A DNA stretch of 64,000 nucleotides from Sedimentisphaerales bacterium (lineage in GTDB: Bacteria; Planctomycetota; Phycisphaerae; Sedimentisphaerales; Anaerobacaceae), in contig OY970194.1 of assembly GCA_963708075.1 (NCBI GenBank), positions 6,624,001-6,688,000 of the forward strand, written 5' to 3'. Position numbers and translations under genes: made by a program. Positions within the stretch are counted from its first letter, which is position 1. The number at the start of each line of letters is the position of its first letter. The notes below the pieces were generated by a model that made no database searches, was not told the origin of the DNA, and worked only from the letters and a program-made list of their open reading frames with translations. This document shows, in pieces, positions 49,863-56,638 of the stretch.

Positions 49863-50277
49863 TTCGTCGTCCGGCTTCACGCTGATCGAGCTGCTGCTGG
49901 TGCTGGTCATCCTGGCGACACTGGCGGCGATTGTGACGCCGAAGTTTACGAGACGCTCGGAGCAGGCGCGGATCACGGCGGCCCGAACGCAGCTCTCGTA
50001 TTTCGAGGTCGCCCTGGATGCCTTCGAGATCGACCTCGGCCGCTACCCCACGAACGCCGAGGGGCTCCGGGCCCTGGTGGAGAAACCGGCGTCGAATGCC
50101 GAGGACTGGCAACAGTCATACCTCAGGACCGACATACCGAAGGACCCCTGGGGTAATGAGTACAGCTATCGGTATCCGGGTCAGAACAACCAGGACAGCT
50201 ACGATCTGTATTCCTACGGTCCGGATGGCAAACTCGGCGGCGACGACGATATCACGAACTGGACGGAAGAACAGTGA
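49762..50277 (+). CDS. gspG: Major pseudopilin GspG
   Basis: G|FTLIELL prepilin site; GRYP, PKDPWG and SYGPDG...DDI motifs. Confidence 0.95.
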   Translation: MRTWLQNTNRRIRMSDCRYNSQVLLRTPHSAIRNSSSGFTLIELLLVLVILATLAAIVTPKFTRRSEQARITAARTQLSYFEVALDAFEIDLGRYPTNAEGLRALVEKPASNAEDWQQSYLRTDIPKDPWGNEYSYRYPGQNNQDSYDLYSYGPDGKLGGDDDITNWTEEQ

Positions 50278-50310
50278 TACGGCGGCTTCAAGTATCGGCG
50301 GCACACGTGT

Positions 50311-50835
50311 ATGAAGATGAACACTGGACAACGCGGCGAACGACGGGCCATGACGCTCCTGGAGCTGATCCTTGTCATGGTGATCATGTCGACTGTGCTG
50401 GCGATGGCGGCGCCGTCCTTGCGGGGCTTCTTCGCCTCGCGTCGCACGGAGGACACGGCCGCGCAAATCCTCGCGTTGACCCAGTTGGCCCGCTCCCAGG
50501 CGATCTGCGAGGGCATTATTTATCGGCTCAACTTCGACACCCAGCAGCGCACCTACTGGCTGACGTCGCAGCAGGCCGGGGCTTTTGAGAAGCTCGAGAC
50601 AGGATTCGGGCGGGTCTTCACGCTCCCGAAGGATATCGAGATGGAGCTGGAAGGGATCGAGGAAGACGACAAGGACAAGTTCCTGGCGTTCACGCCCCAT
50701 GGGACAGTCACCGCGGGCACGGTCCGGCTCATCGACCGGCGGGGACAGGCCGTAGAAGTGACCTGCCCCACGGTCACCGAATCGTTCTCCGTCGTGGAAA
50801 GCGACCGCATTTATGGTCAATATATTTCGCGATAA
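50311..50835 (+). CDS. gspH: Minor pseudopilin GspH/FimT-like
   Basis: A|MTLLELILV prepilin site, ARSQAI motif, position in cluster. Confidence 0.8.
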   Translation: MKMNTGQRGERRAMTLLELILVMVIMSTVLAMAAPSLRGFFASRRTEDTAAQILALTQLARSQAICEGIIYRLNFDTQQRTYWLTSQQAGAFEKLETGFGRVFTLPKDIEMELEGIEEDDKDKFLAFTPHGTVTAGTVRLIDRRGQAVEVTCPTVTESFSVVESDRIYGQYISR

Positions 50836-51217
50836 CCGAATGGCAGTGGGCCACCGCCGGCGCGGCTTCACGTTTATCGAGCTGCTTGCTACGGTGGTGC
50901 TCATCGCCATCATCATGCCCGTGGCGATGCGGAGCATCGGGCTGTGCACCCGGCTCGGCGGATTGTCGCGCAGGCAGATTGAGGCGGCCTCGCTGGCCAA
51001 AGCGAAAATGACCGAGCTGACCATCACGGGAGACTGGGAGAACGGAAATCAGCACGGGAGCTTCGACGAGGAGTGGCCCGGGTATGAGTGGAAGGCGGCC
51101 GTCACCAACTGGACGGATTCCACCGTACGCCAGCTTGACCTGACGGTGCTCTGGGAATCGATGGGCCGACAGCGGACAGTCACGTTAAGTACACTGGTCT
51201 ATCCGGAGGAGAACTGA
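50813..51217 (+). CDS. gspI: Minor pseudopilin GspI-like
   Basis: G|FTFIELL prepilin site, position in cluster. Confidence 0.78.
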   Translation: MVNIFRDNRMAVGHRRRGFTFIELLATVVLIAIIMPVAMRSIGLCTRLGGLSRRQIEAASLAKAKMTELTITGDWENGNQHGSFDEEWPGYEWKAAVTNWTDSTVRQLDLTVLWESMGRQRTVTLSTLVYPEEN

Positions 51218-51218
51218 C

Positions 51219-52017
51219 GTGACGATCCATCCAAACGATCCCCGCCTATCTCCGGTACGAAATTGCGGATTGCGGATTGCGGATTGCGGATTCGCATCGG
51301 GAGTCTCTTTCAATCCGAAATCCGAAATCCGAAATCCGAAATCGGAAGGGGGCTTCACGCTCCTGGAGATGCTGGTGGCGATGGTGCTGATGGTGGTCGT
51401 CGCCTCGTGCCTGTACACGGCGTTGTACACGGGTTTTCGGGCGTACCGCAGCGCGCAATCTGCTGTGGAGCCCACGCTGCTGGCGATCAACGCCATTGAG
51501 CTGCTGAAAGAGGACATCGACGGCGTTCTGCCGCCCGGCAGCCATCTGGCCGGCTCGTTCATAGGCACGGATGCACCGGGCACGAAAGGCGTGGACGCCG
51601 ACAGTCTCGAATTCTATACGACGCACATCTACGCGGAAGAGGAGCAGTTGATGGGCGGTATCGGGAAGATCGAGCTGCTCCTGGAGAACCGACCCCAACA
51701 GCAAGGACGGCAGCTACATGCTCGTCCGCCGGCTGATGACGAATCTGCTGGCCCCGAAGGAGGTCCAGGCGGAGGAGTACGTCCTCTGCCGCCGGGTGGT
51801 GTCCATGAACCTCCGCTACTTCGACGGCTATAGTTGGGTGGATGAGTGGGACTCGACGGCCGACGCCAACAGCCTGCCCCGGGCCGTGGAGGTCGATATC
51901 GAGATCGCGCACAACGGCAAGAAGGGCACGGAAGAGCCGCTCAAACGCCGGCTCGTCCAGAGCTTCGCCCTGCCATGCCAGACCGCCGCGCAGGAGGAGA
52001 GCGAATCGACGCTATGA
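51219..52017 (+). CDS. gspJ: Minor pseudopilin GspJ-like; frameshift at ~51688
   Basis: G|FTLLEML; the C-terminal RYFDG.SWVDEWDS...LPRAVEV motif lies in another frame, restored by removing one base at GAGAACCGAC. Confidence 0.8.
51262..51346. repeat. Heptamer arrays in the gspJ leader
   Basis: (ATTGCGG)x4 then (AATCCGA)x4 plus one variant, quasi-complementary to each other. Confidence 0.9.
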
Positions 52018-53519
52018 TACGTACTATGGCTGAAAACTCCGTGGCACGGGTGGCAGCGGCAAGCGCAGCTTGCCGATGGTTTGCCCATCCGCCATCGGCA
52101 AAGCCTTCGGCCTTGCCGCTGCCACCCAGATACGCAGCCATGTCGGATTCGCGCCGCGCGGGCATTCCGCATTCCGCACTCCGTACTCCGCAATCGGGAA
52201 CGGTTCTCATCGTCACCATCTGGGTCGTTCTGGTGCTGGCGGGGCTGGCGCTGGTGTTCGCGCAGTCGATGCGGGTGGCGGTGGCGGTTTCGGCCAATCA
52301 CGTCGCCTCTCTGCAGGCCGAGTGCCTTGCCGCGGGCGCCCTGGAATACCTCGTGGCCAAGCTCAGCGCGGGCACGCAGGAGCAGGGGACCTCCACTGAG
52401 ACGACCGACTCCTACACGGCGTTGCAGGTGGGGGAGGGCTATTTCTGGATTCTTCGCTCGAACCTGGAGAGCGACCGGGAATTCGATTACGGCCTGGTCA
52501 ACGAGTCGAACAAGATCAATCTGAATTCCGCCTCGCAGGAGATGCTGCAGCGGCTGCCCGGCATGACCGCGGAGCTGGCCGCCTCGATCATCGACTGGCG
52601 GGACAGCGACAGCGAGGTCACCACCGGCGGGGCCGAGGACGAGTACTATCTCCTGCAATCGAACGCCTACCACTGCAAGAACGCATCGCTGGAGACCGTG
52701 AACGAGATTCTCCTGATCAAAGGCGCCTCAGAGGAATTGCTCTACGGCGAGGACACGAACCTCAACGGCGTCCTCGATGACTGTGAGAACGACGGGGATC
52801 TGAGCGATCCGCCGGACAATCAGAACGGCCGTCTGGACGCCGGATTCTACGACTACGTCACCGTCTACAGTGTGGAGGCCAACGTGGACAGCCAGGGCAG
52901 TGCCCGCGTCAACATCAATTCCGCCACGGCCCGCGGTGATTTGCGGAACACGTTGCAGAAGGCGGTCTCGGAGGAGCGGGCCCTGGAGATCATGGGCCTG
53001 GTCCCCACCACCCCGGACTACACCAACATTATCGACTTTTACTTCCGCACGAGCATGAAGCCCGAGGAATTCTCGCAGGTCGCCGATCTGCTCACGACGA
53101 GCGACCAGCAGACTCTTCCCGGGCTGGTGAACGTGAACACCGCCCCCAAGGCGGTGCTCCTGTGCCTGCCGGGGCTGGAGGAGAGCGACGTCGAGGCACT
53201 GCTCTCCTACCGCAGCGCGAACAGCGACAAGCTCACGTCGATCGCCTGGGTGGCGCAGGCGCTGGATCGGGAAAAGGCCGTCGGCATCGGCAGCTACATC
53301 ACCATTCGCTCGTCGCAGTACTCCGCCGACATCGTCTGCCTTTCCGGCAACGGGCGGGCGTACAAGCGATACAAGGCGGTCATTGACACGCAGGAGACAC
53401 CGCCCCGGGTGGTGTACTGGAAGACGTTGACTCGGTTCGGCTGGCCCCTGGACCCGCAGATTGTGGCAGCCCTGCGCAAGGGCGAGCCCCTGACCAGCGT
53501 GGTGTTGAGCATGAATTAG
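52014..53519 (+). CDS. gspK: Minor pseudopilin GspK
   Basis: G|TVLIVTIW (no E5), ESNKINLN, IIDWRDSD and VNVNTAP motifs; ATGA overlap with gspJ. Confidence 0.9.
   Translation: MIRTMAENSVARVAAASAACRWFAHPPSAKPSALPLPPRYAAMSDSRRAGIPHSALRTPQSGTVLIVTIWVVLVLAGLALVFAQSMRVAVAVSANHVASLQAECLAAGALEYLVAKLSAGTQEQGTSTETTDSYTALQVGEGYFWILRSNLESDREFDYGLVNESNKINLNSASQEMLQRLPGMTAELAASIIDWRDSDSEVTTGGAEDEYYLLQSNAYHCKNASLETVNEILLIKGASEELLYGEDTNLNGVLDDCENDGDLSDPPDNQNGRLDAGFYDYVTVYSVEANVDSQGSARVNINSATARGDLRNTLQKAVSEERALEIMGLVPTTPDYTNIIDFYFRTSMKPEEFSQVADLLTTSDQQTLPGLVNVNTAPKAVLLCLPGLEESDVEALLSYRSANSDKLTSIAWVAQALDREKAVGIGSYITIRSSQYSADIVCLSGNGRAYKRYKAVIDTQETPPRVVYWKTLTRFGWPLDPQIVAALRKGEPLTSVVLSMN
52048..52127. repeat. 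80-bp doublet palindrome inside the gspK leader
   Basis: Perfect 16-bp IR GGGTGGCAGCGGCAAG/CTTGCCGCTGCCACCC enclosing TTGCCGATGG/CCATCGGCAA. Confidence 0.85.
52164..52197 (+). repeat. Heptamer array in the gspK leader
   Basis: ATTCCGC ATTCCGC ACTCCGT ACTCCGC just before the prepilin Gly. Confidence 0.8.
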
Positions 53520-53530
53520 GATTCTACAAG

Positions 53531-55168
53531 ATGGAGATCAGGCGTACGTTAGAAAAGTGGTTGATGCGCAGCCGGTTAGACGCGGCATTCAAGGAAATCC
53601 GAAAGCGGGTTTCCTCGAAGACCGTGGAAAAGTGGTTGATGTACAGCCGGTTAGACGGGGTATATAAGAAGATTCGAACACGGATTTCCTCGAAGGACAT
53701 ACCCCTGCTCTCCACTTTGGAAAATGCCTATCGCCAGCATATGATGAAGGGCGGCGCGCGGCACATCCTGGGGCTGGCGATTGACGACAGCGGCGCCGTC
53801 GCGACGGAGCTGTACATCCAGTCGGGCCGTGCTGAAGTCCGAGCCGTAGGCGAACTCTCCTGGGAAAAGGACTTCACGCCGGATAACGCCAAGGAGCTGG
53901 GCGGTCAGCTTCACCGCTTCCTGCGAGAGGGCGGATTCTCCGCCAACCGCGTGGCGATTGGCCTGGCGGCCAAGTGGGTGCTGGCCAAGGAGATCGAAAC
54001 ACCTCCGGCGACCCCAGAGGCTCTGGCCGGCATGCTCAGCATCCAGGCGGAGCGGGCCTTCTCCCTGAACGCCGACGAGATGATCTTCGACTACTGCGGC
54101 AAAGCCGGCACTTCTCAGAAGAACCAGGTTCTGTTGCTGGCCGCGCCGCGGCAGATTGTCAACCAGATCAAGGCGATCACCGATGCTGCCGGGCTGCGTG
54201 CCCAGTCCGTGACTGTCTCTGCCCTGGCCTGCGGCGGGGCATCGTGTGATGCCGATCCGACGTACCGACTCGGGTTATATGCCCGACCGACGTACTGTGA
54301 GTTCTGGGGACAGTCGGATGGCAGCCCGCGATTTGTCAAGCATGTAGCGATAGGGCAGGATGGGACGCCGGCCGGCTACGCGGACCTGCTGAGCTCCACG
54401 ATCCAACGGCTGGTGCTGTTGTCCTCAGGGCAGGACCAGTTGCCGCCGTACCGGATCATGGCCTACGATACCTGCGGACTGGCGGACGACGTTCTCCATC
54501 GTGTCAACGAGCGGCTCCAACCCCAAATCACGATGCATGACGGCTGTGCCGGCGTGTTGGCCGGGGGACTCGAATGTGCCGATCCTTCGCAGGCCATCCG
54601 CTCGATTGCCGCCATCGCCGTCGCTCTACCCGACGTTCGAGGGGACCGGCCCGCAGTGGATTTCCTGAATTCGCGCCTTGGAGCCGCGCGACGCACAGGA
54701 TACAAACGTGCGATCACTTGGGCCGCCGGCATCGCCGCCGTCTGTCTCATCGGCCTGGGCATCCTCCTGCTGGATTGGCGAAGCGACAGGAAGGACATCA
54801 CTGCCTATACCGCACAACTGAAGCAGATGGGGCCGGATATCGCCGTGGCCCGGGAGATCGTGGACCGTGGCTCCTATGCCCGCAGTTGGACCTCCAGCGA
54901 CCCGCGGTTCCTCAATTGCCTGCGGGAGCTGACCACGGCGTTCCCCGATGAGCCCAGCGTTTGGGCCACCAGCCTGGCCCTCAACGAGAGCGGCACGGGT
55001 CTGCTGGTCGGCAAGACCACCAGTGAGTCGAGCTTCTATGAAGTCCTCGACAAGATCAAAGAGAACAAGGCGTTCTCCGACGTCAAGATGATCCACATCC
55101 GCTACGCAGGCAGGGATTCCCGGGAGAAGGAATTCGCCGTCAACTTCAAATTCGAAAGCGTGAAATAG
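53531..55168 (+). CDS. GspL-like (PilM-PilN fusion type) assembly protein
   Basis: Actin-like cytoplasmic domain (LGLAID), VDFL motif, TM helix and periplasmic domain; position in cluster. Confidence 0.75.
   Translation: MEIRRTLEKWLMRSRLDAAFKEIRKRVSSKTVEKWLMYSRLDGVYKKIRTRISSKDIPLLSTLENAYRQHMMKGGARHILGLAIDDSGAVATELYIQSGRAEVRAVGELSWEKDFTPDNAKELGGQLHRFLREGGFSANRVAIGLAAKWVLAKEIETPPATPEALAGMLSIQAERAFSLNADEMIFDYCGKAGTSQKNQVLLLAAPRQIVNQIKAITDAAGLRAQSVTVSALACGGASCDADPTYRLGLYARPTYCEFWGQSDGSPRFVKHVAIGQDGTPAGYADLLSSTIQRLVLLSSGQDQLPPYRIMAYDTCGLADDVLHRVNERLQPQITMHDGCAGVLAGGLECADPSQAIRSIAAIAVALPDVRGDRPAVDFLNSRLGAARRTGYKRAITWAAGIAAVCLIGLGILLLDWRSDRKDITAYTAQLKQMGPDIAVAREIVDRGSYARSWTSSDPRFLNCLRELTTAFPDEPSVWATSLALNESGTGLLVGKTTSESSFYEVLDKIKENKAFSDVKMIHIRYAGRDSREKEFAVNFKFESVK
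53552..53695 (+). repeat. 75-bp tandem duplication at the 5' end of the gspL-like gene
   Basis: EKWLMRSRLDAAFKEIRKRVSSK / EKWLMYSRLDGVYKKIRTRISSK. Confidence 0.85.
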
Positions 55169-55170
55169 GC

Positions 55171-55767
55171 ATGGTTCTATCGAAACGTGAACGCATGATC
55201 GCTGTTGTGACCTTGTTGGCGGTGGGCGCCCTTGTGCTGGACAAGGCTGTGCTCAGCCCCGGCTGGCGCCGGCTGCAGGCCACTGAGAACGAGAAGCAGG
55301 AATTGCGGGCTCAGTTCATCGAGGCGCAAAATCTGCTTGAACGCCGCGAGCAGTTGGAGCAGAAGAGGTCGAAGGGAAAACTGTCCGACGCCCTGCGCAG
55401 CGATGCGGAGGCGGAAAGTCAGGTGACTCGGGCGCTGGACGACTGGGCTGGGAACACGCAGTTGACGCTCACGTCGGTCAAGCCCGAGCGCGTAGCCGGT
55501 GACAAAAGACTGCAGGAGATGACGTTCGTGGTGGCCGGCAGGGGGCGGCTTGATGCCGTGGCGCAGTTCCTCTACGAGGTCGAGACGTCCGTGCTGCCGA
55601 TCAAGGTCAAGGACATGCAGCTTGGCTCGTCCGGCGAATCCGGCGACAACATGTCCCTGCAGCTCACCCTGTCCGCCCTGTATTTGGGGGCGGCCCCCAA
55701 GTCGTCGCAAGAGCCGTCACAGCCAAAGCAGCAAGAGGCAAACGATGAAGAGCAAGTCTTACAATAG
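55171..55767 (+). CDS. GspM/PilO-like protein
   Basis: LSKRER then TM, coiled coil, G.LDAVAQFLYEVE. Confidence 0.8.
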   Translation: MVLSKRERMIAVVTLLAVGALVLDKAVLSPGWRRLQATENEKQELRAQFIEAQNLLERREQLEQKRSKGKLSDALRSDAEAESQVTRALDDWAGNTQLTLTSVKPERVAGDKRLQEMTFVVAGRGRLDAVAQFLYEVETSVLPIKVKDMQLGSSGESGDNMSLQLTLSALYLGAAPKSSQEPSQPKQQEANDEEQVLQ

Positions 55768-56584
55768 GACCATAATTGTCAGCCTTCTGATGGCCACGAT
55801 CACGCTGGGCGCGATGCTGTGGCCCACGACCGGCCGCAGTCAGAGCTCGAGCCGGCGGGACCGTGTTCGTCGGGACACGTCCTCCCGCTTCAGCTCATCG
55901 AGAAGCGAACGGACTGTTCAACGGGCTTCCGAGCAGAAGGTTGCAGTGACGAAACCGGTCGAGCCGAATGCCGCGGCGAAAGTAGAAGCGGTGATGAATC
56001 CGGACGAAGTCGGCCCGTCCGTAGCGAGTGATGCAGAGGAGGAGACGGGGCCTTGGGCCAAGTACAGGGTCATTCTGCAAAGGAATATCTTCTCCCGGCA
56101 GCGCACCGCGTACCGGCCGAGAGACCGCAACAGTGCGTTGCAGGTGGTGGCGGCGCCGAATCCGGAGACTCACTTTGTCCTCAGAGGGATTGCCCAGGAG
56201 GACAACCAGGTCATCGCGTTCGTCGAGGACACGCAGGACGGCGGGGTGTTGCGGTTACGCCAGGGCGATCGCGTCGCACGCGGCGCCATCAAGGCCCTGA
56301 GCCTGGATGCGCTGGAGTACCAACTGGAGGACAAAACGATCAGCATTAGACTGGGGTACGACCTGGAGGGCGTGCGTTCACCGGTGGCCGTGACATTGGA
56401 TGAAGTGTCCATTATGCCACAGGCACCCGCGCCGGCGCAGACGCCCGCACCGGCACTGACAGCAGCGCCGGCCGGCCAGCCGACACAAACACGGCCCCAG
56501 CCACAAACGTCCGCCCCTGCGGGCAATGAGGCCGACATTCTCAAGCGACTTATGGAGCAGCGCAGGCAGCAGCTCGGGCAATAG
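55745..56584 (+). CDS. GspC-like protein
   Basis: TM anchor, RNIF, LRGI and LRQGDRV (HR-domain-like); directly upstream of the secretin. Confidence 0.6.
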   Translation: MKSKSYNRTIIVSLLMATITLGAMLWPTTGRSQSSSRRDRVRRDTSSRFSSSRSERTVQRASEQKVAVTKPVEPNAAAKVEAVMNPDEVGPSVASDAEEETGPWAKYRVILQRNIFSRQRTAYRPRDRNSALQVVAAPNPETHFVLRGIAQEDNQVIAFVEDTQDGGVLRLRQGDRVARGAIKALSLDALEYQLEDKTISIRLGYDLEGVRSPVAVTLDEVSIMPQAPAPAQTPAPALTAAPAGQPTQTRPQPQTSAPAGNEADILKRLMEQRRQQLGQ

Positions 56585-56638
56585 CGTCCCGGGGCTGCGA
56601 GCTTGCGTGGTCATCGAAATACACAGGAGACAACATCG

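Noticed and set aside
51262..51346. Possible CRISPR array from the short repeats
   Set aside because: Contiguous 7-mers without unique spacers, and no cas genes
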